DNA of 64,000 nucleotides, taken from NCBI GenBank assembly GCA_963664705.1, contig OY761556.1, positions 5,984,001 through 6,048,000 on the forward strand. Direction: 5' to 3'. The notes below the pieces were generated by a model that was not told where the DNA came from, made no database searches, and was given only the letters and a program-made list of their open reading frames with translations. The DNA is from Acidobacteriota bacterium. Its GTDB lineage: Bacteria > Acidobacteriota > UBA6911. Positions 9,783 to 19,167 of this stretch are shown here, piece after piece. The stretch's first letter is position 1, and each line of letters starts with the position of its first letter. The translations under genes and the position numbers were made by a program.

Positions 9783-11360
9783 TTACCAGCTGCTTTCGAA
9801 ATTGGCATATTCACGCAGCCGATTTGAATACTGTGCCCGTCGAAGCTTCATCAAGGCATTCTCCTCGATCTGCCGAATCCGCTCCCGTGTAACCTGGAAT
9901 TTTTCTCCACATTCCTGAAGCGTGTATTCCTTTCCGGCTTCATTCATTCCGTATCGCATGCGCACGATTTCCTGTTCGCGCGGAGAGAGCGATTGCAGGG
10001 CTGAGTCGGCCACTGCCCGCAAATCATCGCTCATGACGGGCTCGATCGGCTGAATGGCTTTCTTGTCTTCAATGAAGTTATTCAGCTCCGAGTCCTTTTC
10101 TGAAGTCATGCAGGCCTCGAGCGACATTGGCTCCTGGGCGGCCTCCAGAATCTGCATCACCTTCGGGGCTGGAATATTCAGTTCCTTGGCGATTTCTGCC
10201 TTGGAGGGCTCGTGTCCCAGGCGTTTCTTGAGTTCGTTGGCTGTGCGCATGACCTGGTTGATCGCCTCTACCATGTGCACCGGGACTCGAATTGTCCTTC
10301 CCTGGTCTGCAATGGCGCGCGTGATACTCTGCCGAATCCACCAGGTCGCATAGGTCGAAAACTTGTTTCCCAGGCGATAGTTGAATTTATCCACCGCCTT
10401 CATGAGCCCGATGTTCCCTTCCTGGATAAAGTCGAGAAAATCGATTCCGGGATAGGAATACTTTTTGGCGATACTGAGGACCAGGCGCAGATTCGAGCGA
10501 ACAAACTGGTCTTTCGCGTCGCGCATTTCGGACTTATTTCGACGGATATCGCTCAGTACATCCCGCAAATCCTGGGTGTTGGTGAGGTATTGCCGTTCGA
10601 GCTGGCGCAAGCCTGTGGAGGCCTGGCGACGGGAATTTTGTTCCCGCAGGCGACCGCGGACAGGCTTTCGCGTTTCCTTTTCGGCCTGTTCCATTTTGAG
10701 CAGCCCATCCTCGACACTGTGGATGAGGTCATTGATTTGGTTTTCTGTGAAGTCAATGCGTCGCATGCATTCGAAGATAGCGTCCCGTTTCAGAGTTTTC
10801 CGGGCAGATATGCTGCGCGATCTGCCGCAGGCCAGTCGATACCTGGCTTCCAGTCGCTCGAGCCGCGACATGATCTTGCAGATTGCCTTCATCCGGAGCT
10901 CATTTCGTTCTTCCAGAGAAATGTCTGTTTCCGACTGAACCTCCCGCCCCGTGGCGTCAGGCGCAGCAACGCTTGCCGTCGGCTGAAGATCCTCGGCCAT
11001 CTCCAGTATTTTTGTCGAGGCAATCGTTGTTTGCGACAGGAAGCGCAGCACATTGTGCCGGGCGGTTTCGAGTTTTCTGGCCAGGTCGAATTCCTGGTCT
11101 CGCGTGAGAAGCGGGAATTTGCTCATGCTCCGGTAATATACATAAACGGGGTCCGTGAGCTGAGCCGTGTCTTCCGTGCTCCTGCGGTCTGGCTTGTTTT
11201 CGTCAGGTAGCCGCTCGAATCGCGATCTGTCCTGGTTTGTTTCCCGGTAGGCAGAATACAATTCGCGGTTGTCCTGGCTGTCATCCCCTAATTCTTCTTC
11301 GATGTCTTCCAGTATGTTGTCTTTTGTGAGTTCGATCATGGTCGCTCGTATCCTCGCCAT
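9783..11360 (-). CDS. RNA polymerase sigma factor, RpoD/SigA-like sigma70 family
   Basis: Region 1.2 [18 protein letters not shown]; region 2 [37 protein letters not shown]; RTIRVPVHM; region 4 [10 protein letters not shown]. Confidence 0.93.
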   Translation of the reverse strand: MARIRATMIELTKDNILEDIEEELGDDSQDNRELYSAYRETNQDRSRFERLPDENKPDRRSTEDTAQLTDPVYVYYRSMSKFPLLTRDQEFDLARKLETARHNVLRFLSQTTIASTKILEMAEDLQPTASVAAPDATGREVQSETDISLEERNELRMKAICKIMSRLERLEARYRLACGRSRSISARKTLKRDAIFECMRRIDFTENQINDLIHSVEDGLLKMEQAEKETRKPVRGRLREQNSRRQASTGLRQLERQYLTNTQDLRDVLSDIRRNKSEMRDAKDQFVRSNLRLVLSIAKKYSYPGIDFLDFIQEGNIGLMKAVDKFNYRLGNKFSTYATWWIRQSITRAIADQGRTIRVPVHMVEAINQVMRTANELKKRLGHEPSKAEIAKELNIPAPKVMQILEAAQEPMSLEACMTSEKDSELNNFIEDKKAIQPIEPVMSDDLRAVADSALQSLSPREQEIVRMRYGMNEAGKEYTLQECGEKFQVTRERIRQIEENALMKLRRAQYSNRLREYANFESSW

Positions 11361-11763
11361 TCAGTTCAGGGGGGCATTTAAACATCATTCGGCCCGATAT
11401 CGATATCCGAAGAAATACCCCTTTATGCGTAGGTAGTAACACCCACGCCAATTGTGCAAAGAACCCAGTCGATAAATCGAGGCGGCTCTACCCGTTCACG
11501 TGTGTTTCGCAAATGTTATGGACAAGCCAAGCGAACGGGTGAGACGTTCGGCATTTCCCCGCCATATAGTGTGATTTTTCCAATGTTTTTTTGGACCGTC
11601 TGAAGCAGAATAGGGTGGCATAGTCTGCCTTTTCAAAAAAGAAAGCAGTCGACAACCACAGAAGCACAAGGTCGAGCGAGCCTTACTGCTGGAATATCTG
11701 GGAGAAGAGAAGATGAGCATCGATGGAATGCTCGAATTCTCCCGTGTTCTTATGGAGAGATAA

Positions 11764-12135
11764 ATGAAATTCAGGTTTGACCATAACAACATCAACGTCC
11801 GGGATCTGGAAAAAAGCCTTCGATTTTATAAGGACGCGCTCGGACTTGTCGAAACACGGAGAATGGAACCGCCGGACAAGAGCTTTATTCTTGTATTTCT
11901 TGGCGACGGCCAGACAACGCATAAGATTGAACTCACATGGCTCCGGGACCGCACCGAACCCTATAGCCTTGGCGATAATGAATTCCACCTGGCCTTTAAA
12001 GTGGATGACTATGCTGCCGCGTTCGCCCATCATAAAGAGATGAATTGCGTGTGCTATGAGAATCCCGTGATGGGGATCTACTTCATCGAAGATCCCGATG
12101 GATACTGGCTGGAAATCATTCCAGAGAAAAAATAG
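11764..12135 (+). CDS. VOC family protein, lactoylglutathione lyase-like
   Basis: H-N-N-I-N-V-R-D-L-E-K-S, IELT, HLAF and FIEDPDGYWLEI metal-ligand pattern. Confidence 0.88.
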   Translation: MKFRFDHNNINVRDLEKSLRFYKDALGLVETRRMEPPDKSFILVFLGDGQTTHKIELTWLRDRTEPYSLGDNEFHLAFKVDDYAAAFAHHKEMNCVCYENPVMGIYFIEDPDGYWLEIIPEKK

Positions 12136-12193
12136 CCAAGGCAATTCCCAAGAGATTTTTGTCTGAAAAACCCACGCATTGGATGAGACAGTT

Positions 12194-13093
12194 ATGAAAA
12201 AAGCAGGTTTGAGTTTACTTATTACCATCCTCCTTGTTGCCCCCGCCGCCATGCGCGCCCAGGATAAGGCGCCGACGCCGCAGATAAAATCAACGGCTGA
12301 AATAATGACGCAGCCGATGAATGTTTTTCGGCGATTCTCCGGGGAGGGCAAGCCGATCTATGATTTTTATGGAAAGATAATAGGTCTTAAACGGCTGGAG
12401 ACCTACAACCTTGGCGGGAATACAAGTGTCGACAGATTCCAGATCGGTCCCACGCTGCTGAAATTCAGCACATTTGTTGCCAATCGCAAATATCAACAAT
12501 GTGCGGTTCCGGAAGCGACCGGCCTGCGTCTTCTGACTTTCTTTTTTCCCGATAGGGCCCCGGTTGAGGAGAGATTTCGTGCCAATGGTCTTTCGGTCCC
12601 CGAATTCAAGCCGATCCCCGGCTCGAAGAGGGTCAGTGCCTTGGTCCAGGATCCGGCAGGGCAGTGGGTCGAAATTGTCGTTGCCCCGGATGAGCCCGCG
12701 TCTACATACGATCAAATCGAAATCGGCCTGGTTGTTTCCAACCTGGATGTCAGCCGCAAATTCTATAGGGATTTCATAGGCCTGGAAGAGCTCCCGCCTG
12801 TCGACGATCCCGTTTTCAAAACCAAGAAATATCCTTACAGGCGTGGAGCGGTTGTCGTAACGCTTCGCTGCTTTGGCAAGCCTGGCTCGGCGGATACGGG
12901 AAGCGGCGGCATTCAGTATGTTGCTTCCGATGTGCAGGCAGTTCAGGATCTGGCAAATGCGAGACAGGTAAAAGTCGATCAGCCGGTCAACACGCTCCGT
13001 GGCTTCAGCCTCAGGTTTGTGTGGCTGGATGATCCGGATGGAATCACCAACTACTTTGCCGAGATTCCCGCTACGCCTCCCAAGAAACAGTAA
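12194..13093 (+). CDS. Secreted two-domain VOC (glyoxalase-fold) protein
   Basis: Signal peptide MKKAGLSLLITILLVAPAAMRA; DPAGQWVEI, SRKFYRDFIGL, DPDGI. Confidence 0.75.
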   Translation: MKKAGLSLLITILLVAPAAMRAQDKAPTPQIKSTAEIMTQPMNVFRRFSGEGKPIYDFYGKIIGLKRLETYNLGGNTSVDRFQIGPTLLKFSTFVANRKYQQCAVPEATGLRLLTFFFPDRAPVEERFRANGLSVPEFKPIPGSKRVSALVQDPAGQWVEIVVAPDEPASTYDQIEIGLVVSNLDVSRKFYRDFIGLEELPPVDDPVFKTKKYPYRRGAVVVTLRCFGKPGSADTGSGGIQYVASDVQAVQDLANARQVKVDQPVNTLRGFSLRFVWLDDPDGITNYFAEIPATPPKKQ

Positions 13094-13176
13094 TTGCCGT
13101 CTGTGGACGGCTTTCCGGAGCCGTCCCGTGAACTTTGCAGCATGATCTTGAATTATTTGACCTTTTGAGGTGATTC

Positions 13177-14529
13177 ATGAAATCTTCGCCCCCTTCCAAA
13201 ATTGAAATCGGTCAGTTGATCGATGAGCGACGGCTGGCCCCGCTGCAGATACTGGTTATTGTCCTTAGTTTTCTTGTTGTCTGGCTGGATGGATATCACA
13301 TTCAAAGCATGTCTCTCGTGGTGCCGACCCTGGCCAAGGCGTGGTCTGTAAAACCGACAGATTTTAAAATAGTCGTTTCGGCCGCGCTTTTTGGCATCCT
13401 GCTCGGAAGCGCCTTCATTGCCAGCTCGGGAGACCGTCTGGGACGGCGCAAGGTTCTGATCATTTCGATGGTCATTGTCGGGATTTCCTCCATTGTGACC
13501 GGGTATGCCAATGGGATGACACACCTTGTTATCTGGCGGTTCCTGACCGGTCTGGGGTTGGGCGCGAGCATACCAAACGCGACCGCCCTGACTTCCGATT
13601 ATGTTCCATCAAAGAGGCGCGCGGCGCTCCTGACGCTGATGTTTTCGGGCGTCGCGATCGGAGCATTTGCGTCGGGGTACATCGGTGCTCCAATTGTAGA
13701 GCATTGGGGCTGGCGGAGCCTGTTTACCATCGGCGGAATCGTCCCTCTGTTCATGGCTCTTCTGCTGGCGGTTGCAATGCCGGAGTCTCTGAGGCTGATG
13801 CTTGTGCGCACACCGGATGATCCGCGCATAGTGAAAATCCTCGCCCGCATGGCGCCGGATGTCGACCCCAAAACCATCTACGCGAAAAAGCAGGATGTAC
13901 AGCATACGTCTGCCCTCGAACTGTTGAGCAGCACCTATAGAAGAGGAACGCTGCTGCTTTGGTTTGTTTTCTCTGTCAACATGTTCATCCTGTATCTGCT
14001 TGTGAATTGGTTGCCCACGCTTCTTAGCGCTCAGGGCTGGACCGCGGCGCAGGCGATGCGCGGCTCCGTAATGAACCAGCTCGGGGGTGTGCTGGGCGGC
14101 TTCATTCTGTCCTACTATGTGGACAAAGGAAAGACGGTCGTCTCGACCATAACATCGTTGGTTCTTACAGGAATTGCGTTCTGGCTTTTCAGCATTTTGC
14201 CGTCCACGGGACTGTCGTGGTGGATTCTTTTAATGATCGTCGGCGGTGGGATATCCGGGGCGCAGTTTGTGCTCAATGCCCTGGCCGGAGGTTTTTATCC
14301 CCCGGTTATCCGTTCGACAGGAGTGGGCTGGGCTTTTAGTGTCGGGCGCATTGGCGCGGTCCTCAGCGGCGTTGTAGGAGGGAGAATTCTGGAGATGAAC
14401 CTGGCGCCGATGACGCTGTTGAAGATGCTGGTCATTCCGGTTGCGCTGTGTATCGTCGGCGTTCTGATGTTCCGGAATACGTTTCAGCCTGCCGCGATTC
14501 CGGTAAAGACATCAACCGCAGGAAAGTAA
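13177..14529 (+). CDS. MFS aromatic acid:H+ symporter family transporter (PcaK/BenK-like)
   Basis: LDGY in TM1, GDRLGRRK, RFLTGLGLGA, PESLR, YPPVIRSTGVGWAFSVGRIGA. Confidence 0.88.
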   Translation: MKSSPPSKIEIGQLIDERRLAPLQILVIVLSFLVVWLDGYHIQSMSLVVPTLAKAWSVKPTDFKIVVSAALFGILLGSAFIASSGDRLGRRKVLIISMVIVGISSIVTGYANGMTHLVIWRFLTGLGLGASIPNATALTSDYVPSKRRAALLTLMFSGVAIGAFASGYIGAPIVEHWGWRSLFTIGGIVPLFMALLLAVAMPESLRLMLVRTPDDPRIVKILARMAPDVDPKTIYAKKQDVQHTSALELLSSTYRRGTLLLWFVFSVNMFILYLLVNWLPTLLSAQGWTAAQAMRGSVMNQLGGVLGGFILSYYVDKGKTVVSTITSLVLTGIAFWLFSILPSTGLSWWILLMIVGGGISGAQFVLNALAGGFYPPVIRSTGVGWAFSVGRIGAVLSGVVGGRILEMNLAPMTLLKMLVIPVALCIVGVLMFRNTFQPAAIPVKTSTAGK

Positions 14530-14535
14530 AAACAC

Positions 14536-14582
14536 AAACGCCACGAATTTCACAAATTGCTGTGAGATTCGTGGCGTTTTTT
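14536..14582. terminator. Bidirectional hairpin built on the GCCACGAAT repeat
   Basis: aaacgccacgaatttcaca-aattgc-tgtgagattcgtggcgttttt between convergent genes. Confidence 0.75.
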
Positions 14583-14589
14583 GTTTCGG

Positions 14590-15540
14590 TTAGACGGCAG
14601 CCAGGAGAGCTCGTTTTACGAGCGTCTTGGCGATCTGGACTTTGTACTTGGTGGCACTCAACGGCTTGGCGTCTTCAACCGCAGCCGCGCCGGCCGCTTC
14701 GGCATTGGCTTCATTGATGGCCTTGCCCGCGATCGCCGCTTCGGCCTTGACCGCGCGATACGGTTTCGGGGCAACGGCATTCAGAGCAATCCTCGGAGCT
14801 CCTCCCCCCACCATCACGGCACAGTTGACGATCGGGAAATCGATCGACTTGCGGATGGCGAATTTGAGAAAAGCGCTCTTGGCACCGGCCGGAGGGGTCG
14901 GGACCTGGATTTCGGTGATGAATTCGCCGGCAGCGAGAACGGTGTTGCCGGGGAATTTGACATCAAAGAAATTCTCGGCATTGATCTTGCGCGTGTTGGT
15001 CACCACGGAGGCATTCAAAGCAATGAGAGCCGGGGCGACGTCGCTGGGATGAACGGCGATGCACTTGTTGACGTTGCCGAAGATGGAGTGATAGCGGTTG
15101 TCGCCCATCATGGCAAAGCAGGTTGTGCCACCCTTGCGGACGCAAGGGAACCGGTTTTCCGGCTTCCGGAAGTACCAGCAGCGGTGGAGCTGAGCGATGT
15201 TGCCGCCGATGGTGCCCATGTCGCGGACATGGGGCGTGGCGACGCGCAGAGCTGCCTGAGCCAGAGCGGTGTATTTCGCATTGATGTCCTTGTTGGCGGC
15301 GACATCCGCAAGGCGTGTGGCGGCGCCGATTTTCAGGATACCGGCTTCTTCCTTGATGTAATCGAGACCCGGGGTAACGGTCTTGATGTTAATCACGGCT
15401 TCGGGGTACGTGGGAAGGATGTTGTCCTTGAGCCGGCCGATGAGATCGGTGCCCCCGGCAATGATTTCTGTTTTTCCGCCGGCAAGGGCAGTTTTGACCT
15501 CGGCCAGGGTTTTTGCATTCGTATGATTGAAACCTTTCAT
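14590..15540 (-). CDS. FAD-binding subunit of a xanthine dehydrogenase family molybdoenzyme, with 4Fe-4S insertion (PaoB/HcrB-like)
   Basis: AGGTDL, ATPHVRDMGTIGGN, Cys insert RCWYFR..C..C..C, HPSDVAPALIAL, YKVQIAK. Confidence 0.92.
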   Translation of the reverse strand: MKGFNHTNAKTLAEVKTALAGGKTEIIAGGTDLIGRLKDNILPTYPEAVINIKTVTPGLDYIKEEAGILKIGAATRLADVAANKDINAKYTALAQAALRVATPHVRDMGTIGGNIAQLHRCWYFRKPENRFPCVRKGGTTCFAMMGDNRYHSIFGNVNKCIAVHPSDVAPALIALNASVVTNTRKINAENFFDVKFPGNTVLAAGEFITEIQVPTPPAGAKSAFLKFAIRKSIDFPIVNCAVMVGGGAPRIALNAVAPKPYRAVKAEAAIAGKAINEANAEAAGAAAVEDAKPLSATKYKVQIAKTLVKRALLAAV

Positions 15541-15552
15541 GAGTGTCTCCTC

Positions 15553-18087
15553 CTATGCCTTGCCCAGCGCTTTGAGAACTTTATCCGGCGTTGCCGGCGG
15601 ATCGACCCACTTGCCGATCGCATTTTGAATTGCACAAATGACGAGATGAGTGTTGGCCAGTGAATGGCTGATCCCATTGGCGCCGTAGGCTGCATTGCCT
15701 GCGCGCGTTTCCAGTAATTTCATGTCCACCGGGGGCATATCCAGCATGCTGACTTTCTTATAGTCAAACATGTTGGCATTGAGTTTGACGCCGGTAGATT
15801 TATCAAAGAAATAATCTTCCTGAAGCTGGCACCCGGCGCTGAAATCCATTACCTGGTGAATCTGGCTTTCCAGTGAAGTCTGGCGGAGGATCTTTCCGGG
15901 GTCTGCCACCACACCAAACCGGACGATTTCAACTTCGCCGGTTTCTGTGTCAACGGCAACTTCGCACATAGCAACATTCATGGTGTCGAGATACTTTCCC
16001 ATGCCAGTCGCCCAAAGAGCCGTTGGAGGTCTTCCCGAGAAAGTGGCGAACAGGTTGGACTGTCCTACCGCTCTTGCCAGCGGAACCGCTTTGCTCGGAT
16101 CGGATTTGACGTAGACGTTTCCGTCTTTCATATCCAAATCTTCCGGCTTCAATCCCTTGAGTGGACTGGGAGCGGCCGGACCGCCGCCAAAGCCACCAAA
16201 GCCGCCAGCGGCCGGAGGATTGTTGGCATTTTCTATCGCAGCTTCCAGAATCCGCTTCTTCAGAATGTTCGCGCATTCCTTCGTTGCCCAGGCTGAAGCG
16301 GTGGTTCCATCGCTTCCACCACCGACAGGCGTAAAGGTCTCCCGGTAATCGAAGTCGATGCTGATGTCTTCGTAGCGCAGCCCGAGTTCTTCCGCTACAA
16401 CCATTGCGTTCCCTTCCACCGCATAAATGCCCGTGCAGGGACCCTGGGTCGGCATGTGGACCTTGCCGCCCTTGACTTCCAGTTTGCAGTTGTAGCCGGA
16501 GAAAGAGTGGCGCGGGCACATTTGATATCGGAAACTCGCGCCGTGCATTCTTCCATCCGCGAGTTTTTTCGCGCCGGTGGCGTGCCATTTCCAGTTCATC
16601 AGCTTTTTGCCTTCCGCGACGCAGGCTTCATAGCTGGGTACGGGATTTGTGTCCGTTTCACTCGTCGGCCCATGAATGTTCAGGGTCGCGATATCGATCG
16701 GATCTTTGCCCAGTTTTTCAGCAATCAATTGATTTGCCATGGTCAGCGCGTCGAAATTGAACGGACAGTGCTGGCCGCTGGTGTACATCTTTCCCCGGTT
16801 GCTGTTCACGACTTCCATCGTCTGCTTGATATTCAGGCATTTTGTCGTGAAATAGGGGCCGTATCCCTGATCCCCGGAGGTGCCGAGATTGGAAACCGGT
16901 GGGACTCCGGCATCTGAAATGGAGAAATCTTCAATCGCGGTAATGAGGCCGTTATTCTTAAACCCGACCTTCAGGTGCATATAGCGCTGGTTCATATTGA
17001 AGTCGTACATTTCTTTGCGCGTGCACACCATCCGGACCGGTCGCCCCGTTCTTTTGGAAAGCAGCGGCGTGATTTCCTGGGTTTTGCGTGTACCCCAATC
17101 GCAATACTTGCCGCCCTGGAAGAGACCTTCCTGCTTTACTCTGTCCGATGGGAGACCGTACATACCTCCCACGGCGTCTTTTCTCTGAACGGCGCCTTCA
17201 ATATGCAGGCTGAGCTGATCTGTGCTTTGCATCGGATCGCTGTACCAGTAGGCCGCCGATCCGGAAGGATTCGGAATATGGCCGGAGAAAGCGGGCAGCA
17301 TAAGATCGTATTCGATGATCTGATCGGCCTGTTTGAAACCGGCCTCTACATCGCCGCGGTTATTGGTCGCAACCGTGACGTTTCCCTTTCCTCTCGGGTT
17401 GTCCCGGATGACCGGCGCATCGGGCTTTCTTCCTTCCATGATGTCGATGACGTGCGGACGCACTTCCCATTGAGGATTGAGCGCCTTCAGGGCCTCGTCG
17501 CAAGCTTCTTCCGTTTCCGCCACGACGATGACTGCAACTTCATCATCTTCCATATCGGCCACCTGATCGACGTAGGCGCTTTGGGCTCCGCCCATCCCCA
17601 TTCCACCGCCATAGCCACTGCCACCGGCCTGGCTTTTAGGTGCCGGCGCACTGGCATTCGCCTGAGGCGGAGGATTGGTGCCGAGACCTGCAGCTGGAGG
17701 GCCGAAGGCAACGGGGTTGTTGGCCAGGCCGCCGCCTTCGGCCGGTTTTGCCGCTGGTGCAGCCTTGGCAGCCGGCTTAGGTGCGCCGCCGCCCATTCCG
17801 CCCATTCCACCGCGACGACCGAAATTTTTCAGATCGTCATCTTCCCAGGTGAGGATATCCACAACGCCAGGGATTTTTTTGGCTGCGGCGACGTCAACGC
17901 TCTTTACCATTGCATTGGCGTGCGGGCTGCGCAGGAATTTGGCATGAAGCATGTTTGGGAAGACATAGTCGATGCCGAACTTAGCCTGGCCCGTAGCCAG
18001 TGCATAGGACAATTTGCCGGGAAGGTTTGGCTTTCCGACGACCTTAAAATCGGGTCTTTGACCATTAACTCCAGCAAGATCTGCCAT
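15553..18087 (-). CDS. Molybdopterin-binding subunit of a xanthine dehydrogenase family enzyme (divergent)
   Basis: TGQAKFGID, LRSPHANA, GDVEAGFKQAD, GRPVRM..TRKE, EVAVDTETGEV, PATPDKVLKAL; lies between the Fe-S and FAD subunits. Confidence 0.9.
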   Translation of the reverse strand: MADLAGVNGQRPDFKVVGKPNLPGKLSYALATGQAKFGIDYVFPNMLHAKFLRSPHANAMVKSVDVAAAKKIPGVVDILTWEDDDLKNFGRRGGMGGMGGGAPKPAAKAAPAAKPAEGGGLANNPVAFGPPAAGLGTNPPPQANASAPAPKSQAGGSGYGGGMGMGGAQSAYVDQVADMEDDEVAVIVVAETEEACDEALKALNPQWEVRPHVIDIMEGRKPDAPVIRDNPRGKGNVTVATNNRGDVEAGFKQADQIIEYDLMLPAFSGHIPNPSGSAAYWYSDPMQSTDQLSLHIEGAVQRKDAVGGMYGLPSDRVKQEGLFQGGKYCDWGTRKTQEITPLLSKRTGRPVRMVCTRKEMYDFNMNQRYMHLKVGFKNNGLITAIEDFSISDAGVPPVSNLGTSGDQGYGPYFTTKCLNIKQTMEVVNSNRGKMYTSGQHCPFNFDALTMANQLIAEKLGKDPIDIATLNIHGPTSETDTNPVPSYEACVAEGKKLMNWKWHATGAKKLADGRMHGASFRYQMCPRHSFSGYNCKLEVKGGKVHMPTQGPCTGIYAVEGNAMVVAEELGLRYEDISIDFDYRETFTPVGGGSDGTTASAWATKECANILKKRILEAAIENANNPPAAGGFGGFGGGPAAPSPLKGLKPEDLDMKDGNVYVKSDPSKAVPLARAVGQSNLFATFSGRPPTALWATGMGKYLDTMNVAMCEVAVDTETGEVEIVRFGVVADPGKILRQTSLESQIHQVMDFSAGCQLQEDYFFDKSTGVKLNANMFDYKKVSMLDMPPVDMKLLETRAGNAAYGANGISHSLANTHLVICAIQNAIGKWVDPPATPDKVLKALGKA

Positions 18088-18088
18088 A

Positions 18089-18823
18089 TTATGCTCCCCC
18101 CTTCATAACCTGAGCGGCTTCCATAATTGCAGTAGGATGCCGTGGGTAGGTTCCACAGCAGCAGATATTGCCGGCGAGAGCCTGTTTGCAATCATTCTCA
18201 GTCGGGTTGGGATTTTTCTGCAGCAGAGCCTTGGCTGAAACGACGAAGCCCGGAGTGCAGTAGCCGCACTGCATCGCGTCCCACTTGCAGTAGGACTGGA
18301 TGAGGGAGCGCCATTTGGGATCGGCAGCAATTCCTTCGACGGTCTCGATGGATTTGCCCTCGCATTCGACCGCCAGGGTCGAGCAGGAGAGGACGGTTCT
18401 GCCGTCAATGTTCACGGAGCAGGAACCGCATACGCCGCGGTCGCACATCTGCTTGGCTCCGGTAAGACCGAGTTTGAACTGCAGGGTGCGCTGAAGAGTC
18501 CAATGGGGCTCGATGAGAACTTCGTAGTCCTTGCCATTGACTTTGAGCTTGGTGGTAACGGGAAGGACCTGTCCGGGATGCGCCTGGGCGAAATGGGCCT
18601 TGAGGCCGCCGTAGGTGTTGAAATCCTTGGCGCAGATCGGGCACCTGAAATTGGTGATGGTCGAGGGAGCCTCTGCGGCAGCCGCGGCAGCCGCTTCCGT
18701 AGACAGAGTCAGACCTGCTCCCAAAGTGCTGCCGGCGACGACCGCGCCCGCACTCTTGAGAAAATTCCTTCGATTCAGTCCGGTTCCTTCATTGTTATTT
18801 GTAGTGCTGCTTTCATCAGCCAT
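18089..18823 (-). CDS. Tat-exported 2x[2Fe-2S] subunit of a xanthine dehydrogenase family enzyme, with C2H2 zinc finger insert
   Basis: Tat motif NRRNFLK; CDRGVCGSC..C and QCGYCTPG..NICCCG cluster motifs; CPIC..F.....L..H....H; GGAGGAG RBS. Confidence 0.92.
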   Translation of the reverse strand: MADESSTTNNNEGTGLNRRNFLKSAGAVVAGSTLGAGLTLSTEAAAAAAAEAPSTITNFRCPICAKDFNTYGGLKAHFAQAHPGQVLPVTTKLKVNGKDYEVLIEPHWTLQRTLQFKLGLTGAKQMCDRGVCGSCSVNIDGRTVLSCSTLAVECEGKSIETVEGIAADPKWRSLIQSYCKWDAMQCGYCTPGFVVSAKALLQKNPNPTENDCKQALAGNICCCGTYPRHPTAIMEAAQVMKGGA

Positions 18824-18943
18824 AATTGGCTCCTCCTTGGAATTATCGCTTTGCTAGAGATTCGCAGAGGAATCCCTGCCCGACAGCCACCAACCGCAAA
18901 GGGGAATGACGGCGTAGAGACACTTGTGGAAGAGAGCTTACTG

Positions 18944-18960
18944 CATTTTGAGACAAAATG
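18944..18960. promoter_or_regulatory. Candidate palindromic operator upstream of the molybdoenzyme operon
   Basis: CATTTTG-AGA-CAAAATG perfect inverted repeat about 120 bp upstream of the start at 18823. Confidence 0.35.
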
Positions 18961-19167
18961 GAGATTGCTTGCATAAAATTAGCTGTAGGAGTCTGTCACC
19001 AAACCGTAGCGGCAGGCAAGCTAATTCTTAGGTTTTTTAACCTATTGCCGCGCGGGCGAACTACACTCCAGTATTGACTTACGACAGACCCGCTCGCGCA
19101 TTTCATGGGAAACGCCGCCGGCACGCAAAAAACGGCGGATGCGGGGAAGCCCTCCTTGTCGATGGGG

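Noticed and set aside
10212-11210. Long antisense ORFs (also 14581-15663, 16975-18108, 24771-25772, 38278-39423, 39987-41051, 59231-60445)
   Set aside because: Each lies opposite a well-supported gene and shows no motifs; such ORFs are expected from codon bias.
18824-19167. Moco/Wco riboswitch upstream of the Mo enzyme (also looked upstream of AOR)
   Set aside because: No recognisable conserved multi-stem motif by eye; an Rfam scan would be needed.
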